From: an uncultured Clostridium sp.
GTDB lineage: Bacteria; Bacillota; Clostridia; TANB77; CAG-508
Direction of reading: 5' to 3'
DNA length: 64,000 nt
NCBI GenBank assembly: GCA_947367845.1
Contig: CANBES010000005.1
Location: 5,072-69,071, forward strand
Shown here: positions 18,681-28,620 of the stretch, one piece after another
Layout: each line of letters begins with the position of its first letter
Position numbering within the stretch: the first letter of the stretch is position 1
The notes under the pieces: model-generated
Database searches by the model: none
What the model was told of the DNA's origin: nothing
What the model saw: the letters and a program-made list of their open reading frames with translations, nothing else
Made by a program: the position numbers and the translations under genes

Positions 18681-20126
18681 ATGAAAACTAAATTAAGAAA
18701 AACAAAAATAGTAGGAACAATAGGACCTGCAAGTCAAAGTGAAGAAATGTTGACAAAGCTAGTAAATGCTGGGTTAAACGTAACAAGAATTAACTTTTCT
18801 CATGGTGGATATGAAGAAAATGGAGAAAAAATTGAAACAATAAAAGCTGTAAGAGAAAAATTAAACAAACCAGTAGCATTACTATTAGATACTAAAGGAC
18901 CTGAAATTAGAACAGGTGTATTAGAGACAGGAAACGAAAAAGTAACAATAAACGAAGGTCAAGAATTTACATTTGTAAATGATGATATAATTGGAAACAA
19001 TGAAAGAACAAGTATAAGCTACAAAGAATTATACAAAGATGTTCAAGTTGGTTCAACATTATTAGTAGATGATGGAGCAATTGAATTTGAAATAACAAAA
19101 ATAGACGGAAAAGACATTGTATGTAAAGCTTTAAATACAGGAAGATTAGGAAGTAGAAAAACAATGAATGTTCCTGGTGTTAAGTTAGAATTACCAGCAT
19201 TAACACAAAAAGACGTTGATGATATAACAGAAGGAATTAAAAGAGGATTTGATTATATAGCAGCTTCATTTGTAAGAAAAGAAGCAGACGTTAAAGCTTT
19301 AAGAGATTTATTAGACTCAAACGGTGGAGAAAGAGTAAAAATAATTTCTAAAATAGAAAACCAAGAAGGAATAGACAATTTTGAAGAAATTTTGGCAGCA
19401 TCTGACGGAATAATGGTAGCACGTGGAGATATGGGTGTTGAAATACCAATGGAACAAGTTCCAATTGTACAAAAACACTTTATAAAAAGATGTAACGAAG
19501 TTGGAAAACCAGTAATAACAGCAACACAAATGTTAGAATCAATGACACAAAACCCAAGACCAACAAGAGCAGAAGTAAGTGACGTTGCAAACGCAGTATA
19601 TGACATAACAGGAGCTATAATGCTATCAGGAGAATGTGCAATGGGAAAATACCCAGTAGAATGTGTTGAAGCAATGAACAAAATATCAACAGCAATAGAA
19701 GGAAGTATAAACTACGGTAAAAGATTTGACAAAAAATCAACAGGAAAATATGTAGAAAAAGATTTAGAAAGCGCAATTGCATATTCAACATGCGTAACAG
19801 CAAAACACATTGATGCAGATGCAATAGTGGCATACACACACAAAGGTGATTCTATAAGAAAATTAGCAGGATTAGGAGCAGGATGCCCAATATTTGCTAT
19901 AACAGATGATGAAAAAACATATCATCAATTATCAGTATCATTCAATGTAACTCCAGTTCTATGCAAAGGAGAAACTACAATTGAAAATACAATAACAAAA
20001 GGAATTGAAAAATTAAAAGCAGAAGGAATTTTAGAAGCAGGAGATACAGTTGTTTTATCAGGTGGAGCAAAAATACTACCAACAGACGGAGAAAATAAAG
20101 TAATAGGTGGTTATGTAAGAATATAA
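18681..20126 (+). CDS. pyk: pyruvate kinase
   Basis: KIVGTIGPAS, RINFSHG, MVARGDMGVEIP and TQMLESM motifs. Confidence 0.94.
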   Translation: MKTKLRKTKIVGTIGPASQSEEMLTKLVNAGLNVTRINFSHGGYEENGEKIETIKAVREKLNKPVALLLDTKGPEIRTGVLETGNEKVTINEGQEFTFVNDDIIGNNERTSISYKELYKDVQVGSTLLVDDGAIEFEITKIDGKDIVCKALNTGRLGSRKTMNVPGVKLELPALTQKDVDDITEGIKRGFDYIAASFVRKEADVKALRDLLDSNGGERVKIISKIENQEGIDNFEEILAASDGIMVARGDMGVEIPMEQVPIVQKHFIKRCNEVGKPVITATQMLESMTQNPRPTRAEVSDVANAVYDITGAIMLSGECAMGKYPVECVEAMNKISTAIEGSINYGKRFDKKSTGKYVEKDLESAIAYSTCVTAKHIDADAIVAYTHKGDSIRKLAGLGAGCPIFAITDDEKTYHQLSVSFNVTPVLCKGETTIENTITKGIEKLKAEGILEAGDTVVLSGGAKILPTDGENKVIGGYVRI

Positions 20127-20136
20127 CCCTAAATAT

Positions 20137-20180
20137 AAGAAAGCAAGATTTTGAAAGAGCAAAATTTTGCTTTCTTTTTT
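20137..20180 (+). terminator. rho-independent terminator after pyk
   Basis: AAGAAAGCAA ... TTGCTTTCTT stem followed by a T-run. Confidence 0.75.
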
Positions 20181-20349
20181 ACAAACAAAAAGCATACATA
20201 AAAGTTTCCATAAAATTGAAGAAATTCATTAAAAATCCCTTACAAAGTTTAAATAATGTAATATAATGTTGTGTGTAAAAATGTAGCTTTGAGTACACCA
20301 CGAAAAAAAAGCATATGAAAATATAACAGACCAAAATACAAGTGTAATA

Positions 20350-21366
20350 TTGATGACAGATGGATTACCAAGTAGATACATCAAAGATAATGAACAATGT
20401 TCAGACCAAATGGGTGATGGTTCTTCATATACTAGAGACACAAAGATAGCAGCAGATAAAGCAATAGCAAGAGCAGAAAAAATAAAAACAGAAAAAGGTG
20501 CAAAAATATACTCAATAGGATTTGGACTAGATAAAATTAGAGGAACAGCATATGACAGAAAAACAAACTATCAACATGCAAAAGAAATAGTCCAAGCCAT
20601 TGCAAGTCCAACAGAACAATATTCAGACGGAACTGAAAAGAAATATTGGTTTGATACAGTCGATGCAGAAGCACTAACAAATGCATTCTCAACTATATAC
20701 AATTCAGTAGTATCAGAAGCAGACGGAGAACCAATAGAAATACAAACAACAGAAGGAAATATGCATATAGAAGATGGATTTGAAGCTGGTCAAAATGTAG
20801 AAATTTACACAGGAACATACACAAAAGGAACATCAACACCAAAAGCAACATATTCTTGGAACGAATTCATATCATTAGACTATGTACGAGAAAACGAAGA
20901 CGGAACAATAACATTCAACCTAACACAATATATGAAAGACAACAACATAGCAGCAAATGAAAAAATAACAATAAGATTTGTAGACCCACAAAAAGCAAAC
21001 GTAAAAATGAAATCAGCTAGATTAATGTCATTAGTAATGGATGCAACAGAAGAAGCAGAATCAGAAGAAGACATAGCAGAATATGAAGAAAAAATAGAAA
21101 CAGCTGAAAAAGCAAAAACAACACCAGTAAACGAAGACAGCAAACCAGCAACAACAGAAACAACAAACAACAACACAGGAGTAGGAACAGAAAACACAAA
21201 ACCAAGCACAGACAATAAAGAAAATGACAGCGAGGAAATCAAAGACAAAGAAAACACTACTACTACAGAAAAACCAGTAGAAACTACAAATACTACAACA
21301 GAAGAAACTATCAAAAACAATCAAAATAGCGAAACAGACAATACAACTTCTAGTGTAAATGAATAA
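20350..21366 (+). CDS. VWA-domain protein fragment lacking the N-terminal half of the domain (possible gene remnant), with a T/N/E-rich tail
   Basis: The frame is open only from 20293. It begins within VILMTDGLPS...IYSIGFG, the distal VWA strands. No MIDAS DxSxS motif, signal peptide or RBS is present upstream. Confidence 0.5.
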   Translation: MMTDGLPSRYIKDNEQCSDQMGDGSSYTRDTKIAADKAIARAEKIKTEKGAKIYSIGFGLDKIRGTAYDRKTNYQHAKEIVQAIASPTEQYSDGTEKKYWFDTVDAEALTNAFSTIYNSVVSEADGEPIEIQTTEGNMHIEDGFEAGQNVEIYTGTYTKGTSTPKATYSWNEFISLDYVRENEDGTITFNLTQYMKDNNIAANEKITIRFVDPQKANVKMKSARLMSLVMDATEEAESEEDIAEYEEKIETAEKAKTTPVNEDSKPATTETTNNNTGVGTENTKPSTDNKENDSEEIKDKENTTTTEKPVETTNTTTEETIKNNQNSETDNTTSSVNE

Positions 21367-21396
21367 TAATATTCACAAACATTAAGTAGTAGAAAG

Positions 21397-21431
21397 ATAG
21401 AAAGAGTACCAAACCTACTCTTTCTATTTTA
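21397..21431 (+). terminator. rho-independent terminator after the VWA fragment
   Basis: 12-bp stem ATAGAAAGAGTA / TACTCTTTCTAT, loop CCAAACC, then a T-run. Confidence 0.75.
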
Positions 21432-21455
21432 AATTATAAAGCAGGGGGAAGCAAA

Positions 21456-22112
21456 ATGGGAAAACATGCAGTAGAAAGGCATGAAGGAAGAAAAAGAACT
21501 ACAAAAAGAAAACAACAGCGTGGAACTAAATTAAAAAGTGTAACAATAAGTTTTATACTATTACTTTGTATCATAGTAGGAGTATCAATTAGTCTTTTAG
21601 CTTCAAGCGACAAAAGAAGAGTTGAAGAAACAGCAAATAACTTTTTTACATCAATCAAAGAAAACAATGAAGAAGAAGCAAATAAATATATAGACTATGG
21701 AGAATTACTTCGCAGTATAGACGATATTTTTACTAGTAGAGATAATGAAGAAGTAAAAAATGTGGAAAAAGAATTATTCAAAAACATAGAATGGAAAATC
21801 GAAAATATAGAAGTAGAAAAAGAAACAGCAACAGCAGTTGTAGAAGTAAAAAATAAAGACTTTAAATATGTAATAACAAGATGGATGAAAGAAATTGTAG
21901 TTTCAAAATCTGTACAAAAAGAAATCACTAATGAGCTATTACTACAAAAATTAGAAAAATCTCTTAAAGAAGAGACAGCAATGAAAACAGAAATAAAGAA
22001 AATAACACTAAATAAAATAGAAGAACAGTGGAAAATACAAGTTGACGAAGAATTAAGAGATTTAGTCTATCCAGGAATAGATAGTGTAATTACAGGTTTA
22101 AGTACAAAATAA
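21456..22112 (+). CDS. hypothetical membrane-anchored protein
   Basis: Basic N-terminus, one TM helix (SFILLLCIIVGVSISLLA) and a soluble K/E-rich domain; a terminator follows. Confidence 0.6.
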   Translation: MGKHAVERHEGRKRTTKRKQQRGTKLKSVTISFILLLCIIVGVSISLLASSDKRRVEETANNFFTSIKENNEEEANKYIDYGELLRSIDDIFTSRDNEEVKNVEKELFKNIEWKIENIEVEKETATAVVEVKNKDFKYVITRWMKEIVVSKSVQKEITNELLLQKLEKSLKEETAMKTEIKKITLNKIEEQWKIQVDEELRDLVYPGIDSVITGLSTK

Positions 22113-22120
22113 TATAACAA

Positions 22121-22150
22121 AAAAGAAAGATTTTAAAAAATCTTTCTTTT
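22121..22150. terminator. bidirectional terminator between convergent genes
   Basis: AAAAGAAAGATTTT AA AAAATCTTTCTTTT perfect palindrome with A- and T-runs on both sides. Confidence 0.65.
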
Positions 22151-22174
22151 ATCATATATATATTAAATTAAATT

Positions 22175-22339
22175 CTAAACAAATACATTTACAATGGTTA
22201 ATAAAGCTAAATATAATAAAGTTTTTACAGAGATACGAAATGTAGCTCTTGAAGCTTTCTTTATAACCATTAATTTATGATCTTTTCTTACTGTTAGTGC
22301 TAAACTATTTGGCACTGGTACATATTCCTTAGTATTCAT
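22175..22339 (-). CDS. small tail-anchored hypothetical protein (54 aa)
   Basis: ATG at 22339 preceded by AAGGAG on the minus strand. Sequence MNTKEYVPVPNSLALTVRKDH...TLLYLALLTIVNVFV. Confidence 0.5.
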   Translation of the reverse strand: MNTKEYVPVPNSLALTVRKDHKLMVIKKASRATFRISVKTLLYLALLTIVNVFV

Positions 22340-22615
22340 AATAATCAACTCCTTAGTCTTGTGTAAATTAAAAAAATTAAGCTTTTGTATTAAAAATTTC
22401 ATCTCTTATAAATTAAGTATAAAACAAAATATTACAAATGTCAACACTTTTTGTAATAAAAATGTAATAAAAATGTAATGTTTGTTATAAAAATGTAAAA
22501 AACAAGACAAAAATACAAAAACTTTATAATAATCATTTACATTGTAGTTAAAATAATATATAATAAAAAGGCCTTAGTAATTAGGTAAAACTAATGAGAG
22601 GAGGTATTTGTACAA

Positions 22616-22711
22616 ATGACTAGTTACAGTTTGATATGGTTGTTAATGCAAGAAATTGAAAAATTGAACGCAGAAATACAATCATTACAGAACAAACTAG
22701 ATAAAGAGTAA
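22616..22711 (+). CDS. putative 31-aa coiled-coil micropeptide
   Basis: GAGAGGAGG RBS 7 nt upstream. Sequence MTSYSLIWLLMQEIEKLNAEIQSLQNKLDKE. A GTGGGG/CCCCAC hairpin plus T-run follows. Absent from the ORF track because it is under 60 aa. Confidence 0.3.
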   Translation: MTSYSLIWLLMQEIEKLNAEIQSLQNKLDKE

Positions 22712-22975
22712 TCTTTATTGAGGTGGGGGAAAACGTTACATAACCCCACTTTATTTTTTGGCATAAAAAAAGTATGTGTCGTTACCCACATACTGGTATT
22801 CGCTTAATGACTAGTTACATCACTTATAAGCTACATTTATTATAGCATATGATCATATTTTATGCAAGTGTTTTTTTAGTAATTTATAAAAACTTGTTTC
22901 AATTAAGCAAAATGTAGACTTTTTTTGTTCAATATGATATACTGTACACATCAAAAAAGAAAGGAAAAGAGATAA

Positions 22976-24319
22976 ATGTCAAAACCAATAGTAGCAATCA
23001 TAGGAAAGCCAAATGTAGGAAAGTCAACCTTTTTCAATTACTTAGCAGGAACAAGAATATCAATAGTACAAGATACACCAGGAGTTACAAGAGACAGAAT
23101 ATATGCAGAAACAAATTGGAGAGGTAGAAACTTTACATTAATAGATACAGGCGGAATAGAGCCAGATTCAGAAGATATCATATTATCACAAATGAGAGAA
23201 CAAGCAAATTTAGCAATAGCAATGGCTGATGTAATAATATTTGTAACAGATATAAGACAAGGAGTAACAGCAGCAGACCAAGAAATTGCGCTTATGTTGA
23301 AGAAATCTGGTAAAAAGATAGTATTAGTGTGTAACAAAGCAGACAATTTTGAAAAAGATAGAGAAGAAATATATGAATTTTACAACTTAGGAATAGGAGA
23401 ACCGTTTCCAATTTCAGCAACAAATGCTCTAGGAATAGGCGATGTTTTAGATGAAATATATGAAGGCTTCCCACCAAAAACTGAAGGAGAAGATGATGAA
23501 ACAGAAATAAAAGTTGCAGTAATAGGAAAACCAAATGTAGGTAAATCATCATTAATAAATAAAATCCTAGGAGAGAACAGAACAATAGTAAGCGATATTG
23601 CTGGAACGACTAGAGACGCAATAGATACAAAATTTGAAAACGAAACAGGGAAATATGTATTAATAGATACTGCAGGAATAAGGAGAAAAAGCAAAGTAAA
23701 AGAATCAATAGAGAAATTCAGTATAATGAGAACTTTGTTAGCAGTTGAAAGAGCAGATGTATGCCTAATGATGATAGATGCAACGCAAGGTGTAACAGAC
23801 CAAGATGCAAAAATTGCAGGTGAAGCACACGAAGCTGGAAAAGGTGTAATAATTGTTGTAAATAAATGGGACGCAGTTGAAAAAGAGACTGGAACATTAG
23901 AACAATACAAGAAAGAAGTATATGAAAAATTAAAATATTTATCATATGCACCAATAATATTTATATCAGCAAAGACAGGTCAAAGAGTTAATAAATTGTT
24001 TGATTTAATAAACCATGTAGCAGAACAAAATTCATTAAGAATATCAACATCAGTATTAAATCAAGTAATAAATGAAGCAATTGCAATAGTTCAACCACCA
24101 ACAGATAAAGGAAAAAGACTAAAAATATTCTATGGAACACAAGCATCAACAAGACCACCAACATTCGTAATATTTGTAAATAGCAAAGAATTATTCCATT
24201 TTTCTTATGAAAGATATTTGGTTAATCAAATAAGAAAAGAATTTGGATTAGAAGGAACACCAGTAAGGATAATAGCGAGAGAAAAAACAGATAAAGAAGT
24301 TGAAAAAGGAGGATTTTAA
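22976..24319 (+). CDS. der: ribosome biogenesis GTPase Der (EngA)
   Basis: Two G domains (GKPNVGKST and GKPNVGKSS) plus a KH-like C-terminus. Confidence 0.94.
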   Translation: MSKPIVAIIGKPNVGKSTFFNYLAGTRISIVQDTPGVTRDRIYAETNWRGRNFTLIDTGGIEPDSEDIILSQMREQANLAIAMADVIIFVTDIRQGVTAADQEIALMLKKSGKKIVLVCNKADNFEKDREEIYEFYNLGIGEPFPISATNALGIGDVLDEIYEGFPPKTEGEDDETEIKVAVIGKPNVGKSSLINKILGENRTIVSDIAGTTRDAIDTKFENETGKYVLIDTAGIRRKSKVKESIEKFSIMRTLLAVERADVCLMMIDATQGVTDQDAKIAGEAHEAGKGVIIVVNKWDAVEKETGTLEQYKKEVYEKLKYLSYAPIIFISAKTGQRVNKLFDLINHVAEQNSLRISTSVLNQVINEAIAIVQPPTDKGKRLKIFYGTQASTRPPTFVIFVNSKELFHFSYERYLVNQIRKEFGLEGTPVRIIAREKTDKEVEKGGF

Positions 24320-24961
24320 ATGTTTGTATATATAGTAATGGCAATAATAGCCTATTTAATAGGAAGTATAAATTTTTCTGTAATTTTAAGCAAAAAAATG
24401 GCAGGATTTGATATAAGAGAAAAAGGAAGTGGAAATGCAGGTTCAACAAATATGTTAAGAAGTGTTGGAAAAAAAGCAGCAGCATTAACACTTGTATGTG
24501 ATATCCTAAAAGGAGTTGTTTCAATTTTAATTGCAATGATTTTAGGAAATATAATTCAAAATTTAGATAAAGAATTATTAGTACAAATTGCGGGAATAGC
24601 AGTAGTTGTAGGACATACATTCCCAATATTCTTTGGATTTAAAGGTGGAAAAGGAGTTGCAACATCACTTGGAGTATTAATTTTAAGTAACTGGCAAATA
24701 GGACTAATTTGCTTAGTATTTGCATTAGTATTAATGGCTTTAACAAGAATGGTATCTTTAGGTTCTTGTGCAGCAGCGGTACTATTCCCAGTATTAACAC
24801 TATTTATAAATGAAAATTACACAGTTTTATCAGAAGGAAAGAACGGAAATGTTTATTTTATTTATAGTGTAATATTAGCAATTATCGTGTTATATAATCA
24901 TAGAAGCAATATAAAAAGAATTTTAAATGGAACAGAAAACAAGTTAAGTTTCAAAAAATAG
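24320..24961 (+). CDS. plsY: glycerol-3-phosphate acyltransferase PlsY
   Basis: GSGNAGSTN and FKGGKGVAT motifs. Conserved der-plsY-gpsA order. Confidence 0.92.
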   Translation: MFVYIVMAIIAYLIGSINFSVILSKKMAGFDIREKGSGNAGSTNMLRSVGKKAAALTLVCDILKGVVSILIAMILGNIIQNLDKELLVQIAGIAVVVGHTFPIFFGFKGGKGVATSLGVLILSNWQIGLICLVFALVLMALTRMVSLGSCAAAVLFPVLTLFINENYTVLSEGKNGNVYFIYSVILAIIVLYNHRSNIKRILNGTENKLSFKK

Positions 24962-24980
24962 AGAATAGGAGAAAGTTCAA

Positions 24981-25964
24981 ATGAAAAATATAGCAATTAT
25001 TGGAAGTGGAAGCTGGGGAGTGGCTTTAGCAATACATTTAGCAAATAACCATAATAATGTAAAATTATGGTCGTTTAATGAAGAAGAAAAAAGATTAATA
25101 AACGAAGAAAGAAAATGTAAATTTTTACCTAATGCAGTAATACCAGGAAATGTAGAATGTTTTTGTGACTTTGAAGAAGTAATAAAAGATGCAGACTATA
25201 TATTACATGTAACACCATCAAAATTCACAAGAGAAACATTCAAAAAATACAAACAATATGTAGGAAACAAACCAGTTATAATATGCTCAAAAGGATTTGA
25301 AAAAGAAACACTAAAAACATTAGATGAAGTAATATTAGATGAATTACCAACAGCAAGGGTTGGAGCATTAAGCGGACCTAGTCATGCAGAAGAAGTATCA
25401 ATTGCAGTTCCAACAGTACTAGTAATGGCATCAAAAGAAGACGAAGTAATAGACTTAGTACAAGAAACATTTATGTCAGAAACAATGAGGATATATACAT
25501 CAAAAGATGTAAAAGGAGTTGAACTAGGTGGAGCACTAAAAAACATAATAGCTTTTTGTGCAGGAGTTGCAGCAGGAATAGGTCTAGGAGATAATAGCTT
25601 TGCAGGATTAATAACAAGAGGATTAGGAGAAATTGCAAGACTAGGAGTAGAATTAGGTGGACAAAAAGAAACATTCTATGGATTAAGTGGATTAGGAGAC
25701 TTAATAGTAACTTGTCTTAGTGAGCATAGCAGAAATAGAAAAGCAGGAAAATTAATTGGTCAAGGAAAAAGTTTAGAAGAAACAAGAAAAGAAGTTGGTA
25801 TGGTAATTGAAAGTATAGATAATATTGATGTGGCCTATGAATTAGGAAAACAAAAAAATGCATATATGCCAATAATTGAAACAGTATATAATGTTATTTA
25901 CAATGGTTTAGACCCACAAGAAGCTGTAAAGGATTTAATGACAAGAGACAAAAAAAGTGAATAA
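24981..25964 (+). CDS. gpsA: NAD(P)H-dependent glycerol-3-phosphate dehydrogenase
   Basis: IIGSGSWGVALA Rossmann motif, GALKNIIA and SRNRKAG motifs. Confidence 0.92.
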   Translation: MKNIAIIGSGSWGVALAIHLANNHNNVKLWSFNEEEKRLINEERKCKFLPNAVIPGNVECFCDFEEVIKDADYILHVTPSKFTRETFKKYKQYVGNKPVIICSKGFEKETLKTLDEVILDELPTARVGALSGPSHAEEVSIAVPTVLVMASKEDEVIDLVQETFMSETMRIYTSKDVKGVELGGALKNIIAFCAGVAAGIGLGDNSFAGLITRGLGEIARLGVELGGQKETFYGLSGLGDLIVTCLSEHSRNRKAGKLIGQGKSLEETRKEVGMVIESIDNIDVAYELGKQKNAYMPIIETVYNVIYNGLDPQEAVKDLMTRDKKSE

Positions 25965-26061
25965 TTTTGAGAATATTTAACAATAATAAGAACAATAAAA
26001 TGCATTTTTTTATAAAATATAGATAGTATATTTTATAAAACAGGAAAGAAGGAAAAGAAAT

Positions 26062-26700
26062 ATGGATTTTTTTGATAAAATAGGAAAAAAAGCTTCAGAA
26101 GCATATAAGATGACAGCTGATAAAACAGGGAGATTAGCAAAAGAAACAAAACTAAAATTAAAAATGGGCGAACTAAAAGCACAAATAAATGACGTGTATG
26201 AAGAAATAGGAAAAAGAGTATATGAAAATCATATAAGAGAAAATGATGAAAATGCAGAGCAAGAAATTGAAGAAAAATGTGTGAAAATTGATGTTCTTAG
26301 TGATGAAATAGAAAGTTTGTTAAAAGAGTGTATGGAATTAAATAATAAGAAACAATGTCAACAATGCCATACAGAAATAGAAAAAGAAGCAAAATTCTGT
26401 AAACATTGTGGGGCAAAACAAGAAGAACCAGAAAAAGAACCTGAAATAGTGGAGCTTCAAGTAGTAGAAACAGTCGAAGTTATAGAACAACCAGAGAGAG
26501 TTGAGCAAAAAAAAGATGAAAATACAGAAAAAGCTTTAGAAAATAAAGATGAAAGAAATATAGAAAATAACTTAGAAGAAACTGTGGCAGTGGAATCAGA
26601 CGTAGAAATCAACAGAAAAAACACAGAAAAAGAAAACGAAAATTTAGAAAAAACAGTAGAAATTGAATCAAATGTAGAACTAGAAGAAAAACAAGACTAA
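26062..26700 (+). CDS. zinc-ribbon domain protein with an E/K-rich tail
   Basis: CQQCHTEIEKEAKFCKHCG zinc ribbon; an RBS is present. Confidence 0.6.
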   Translation: MDFFDKIGKKASEAYKMTADKTGRLAKETKLKLKMGELKAQINDVYEEIGKRVYENHIRENDENAEQEIEEKCVKIDVLSDEIESLLKECMELNNKKQCQQCHTEIEKEAKFCKHCGAKQEEPEKEPEIVELQVVETVEVIEQPERVEQKKDENTEKALENKDERNIENNLEETVAVESDVEINRKNTEKENENLEKTVEIESNVELEEKQD

Positions 26701-26769
26701 GAACTAAAAAATAAAACAAAATAAGGCGGAGAAATCCGCCTTAAACTATATAAAAGGAGAAATAGTAAA

Positions 26770-27210
26770 GTGAAATTAGTAGTACAAAGAGTAAAAAATG
26801 CACAAGTAGAAGTAGAACAAAAAATAGTAGGAAAAATAGAACACGGATTTTTAGTTTTACTTGGAGTAACACATAACGACACAAAAGAAAAAGCAGACTA
26901 TTTAGTAAAAAAACTATGTAATTTAAGAGTATTTTCAGATGAAAACGATAAAATGAACTTAAGTATAAAAGATGTAAAAGGTGAACTGCTTATAGTTTCA
27001 CAATTTACTTTATATGCAAATTGTCAAGACGGAAACAGACCATCATTCACAAATGCTGCAAAACCTGAACAAGCAAATGAATTATACGAATACTTTTGTC
27101 AAAAATGTGAAGATAATGGAATAAAGGTAGAAGAAGGAATTTTTGGAGCAGATATGAAAGTTAGTCTACTAAATGATGGACCAGTAACAATAATATTGGA
27201 AAAAGAATAA
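26770..27210 (+). CDS. dtd: D-aminoacyl-tRNA deacylase
   Basis: GTG start. MKLVVQRVKNAQVEV...SQFTLYA...GNRPSF...NDGPVT match Dtd signatures. Confidence 0.9.
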   Translation: MKLVVQRVKNAQVEVEQKIVGKIEHGFLVLLGVTHNDTKEKADYLVKKLCNLRVFSDENDKMNLSIKDVKGELLIVSQFTLYANCQDGNRPSFTNAAKPEQANELYEYFCQKCEDNGIKVEEGIFGADMKVSLLNDGPVTIILEKE

Positions 27211-27247
27211 AAATTGCCATCAAGGACCGTCCCCTTTGGCAATTTTT
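27210..27247. repeat. GGGGAC-core palindromic repeat, type A, half unit
   Basis: AAAATTGCCATCAAGGACCGTCCCCTTTGGCAATTTTT. Fills exactly the gap between the convergent dtd gene and the 27246-27527 gene. Confidence 0.85.
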
Positions 27248-27527
27248 AATATGGAAATCGTTCAAATAAATATTTTATAACGTCATCAGTATTTTCAGAA
27301 GTGATTTGGATGAATATATCTTTATCTAAACAAATCCACATAGATAAATTGAAGTCGTCAGAGTTATCGCTATATGCTCCGATTAGATCGGCTAATTCTA
27401 CTGGGTTTTTATATTCTTTTTCCCACTTCAAGTGGTTTTCAATTTCTAAATTTGTGTTATAAAAACTGCTTAGAAATCTATTCAGTTCTCCTTTTTTCTT
27501 ACTATATAAGTTTATTTTGGCTACCAT
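27246..27527 (-). CDS. hypothetical protein (93 aa)
   Basis: Minus-strand ORF with a GGAG RBS, convergent with dtd. No family recognised. Confidence 0.55.
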   Translation of the reverse strand: MVAKINLYSKKKGELNRFLSSFYNTNLEIENHLKWEKEYKNPVELADLIGAYSDNSDDFNLSMWICLDKDIFIQITSENTDDVIKYLFERFPY

Positions 27528-27635
27528 TTTTATCTCCTTTTTCTTAGTATTTATAATAAATAAAATTTTATACTAAGAATAAAGTAAAATAAAAATGTAA
27601 ATACTAGAAAAAAGAGAAAATGGAGGTCAAAGAGA

Positions 27636-28607
27636 TTGAAAAAGTTCAAAAAAATATCATATCTAGTATTAATAATCATAATAGCGATATTACTAATAGT
27701 AATATACTCAACAATATCAGCAGGAAATAGCAAAAATGACAAAAGCAAAGTATTAGCAGAAGTTGAATTCCTAGAAATGAAACTCGAAACAATGCTAAAT
27801 CAAATGAACAACATAGAAACAAGAAATTATGACGTAAGTGTAAGTGAAATATCAAAACAAAAACAAAAACAATCAGAACAAAGCGGTGGAACATCAGAAG
27901 CAGAAAGTTCAGAAGAAGGAGCAAGTGGTGGAGGGAGTTCAAAGCAAGAGAGCTCAAAAGAAGGAGACTCAAGTAATGGAGAGCAAGGAAGCGACACAAA
28001 AAAACAAGAGAGCAGTAGCTCTGGAAATTCACAAAGCTCGGAAACAAGCAAAAAATTTGAGTTAGAGCCAATAGGAGTATTAAGCACAACACAAGAGGTA
28101 AAATGGGAAAACATAAAAAATGAAATTGAAATTCTATATTCTTCAATTCCAACAATTACATTAGACTTATACCAATTAAACGTTTCCCAAGAAGATGTTT
28201 TAGGATTTAACAAAGAATTTGACACACTAACAACAATAGTAAAAAGCGAAAATAAGGAAGAAGCACTAGCTTCATTATCTAAGCTTTATGAATATATTCC
28301 GAAATTTTTACAAAATGCAACAGATGATGAAGTAGATAAAGTTATAGCAGATACAAAAAATGATATATTCAAAGCATATTCAAAACTTGACTCAAAAAAT
28401 TGGGGAGAGATTGGAAAAGATACCAAACAAGCAGTTGACAAATTTTCTAAACTATTATCAAGCACAAATGTAGAGCAAAACAAACAATATAAAATAAGCA
28501 AAATTTTTGTTATGATAAACGAATTACAAAATGCAGTTGAAGTAGAAGATGAATCAGTTTTTTTAATAAAATATAAAAATATACTGGAAGAAATCAATAA
28601 TATATGA
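27636..28607 (+). CDS. hypothetical membrane-anchored protein with an S/E/G-rich linker
   Basis: TTG start 9 nt after GGAGG. One TM helix (LVLIIIIAILLIVIY). Confidence 0.6.
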   Translation: MKKFKKISYLVLIIIIAILLIVIYSTISAGNSKNDKSKVLAEVEFLEMKLETMLNQMNNIETRNYDVSVSEISKQKQKQSEQSGGTSEAESSEEGASGGGSSKQESSKEGDSSNGEQGSDTKKQESSSSGNSQSSETSKKFELEPIGVLSTTQEVKWENIKNEIEILYSSIPTITLDLYQLNVSQEDVLGFNKEFDTLTTIVKSENKEEALASLSKLYEYIPKFLQNATDDEVDKVIADTKNDIFKAYSKLDSKNWGEIGKDTKQAVDKFSKLLSSTNVEQNKQYKISKIFVMINELQNAVEVEDESVFLIKYKNILEEINNI

Positions 28608-28620
28608 TAAAATATAAAGT

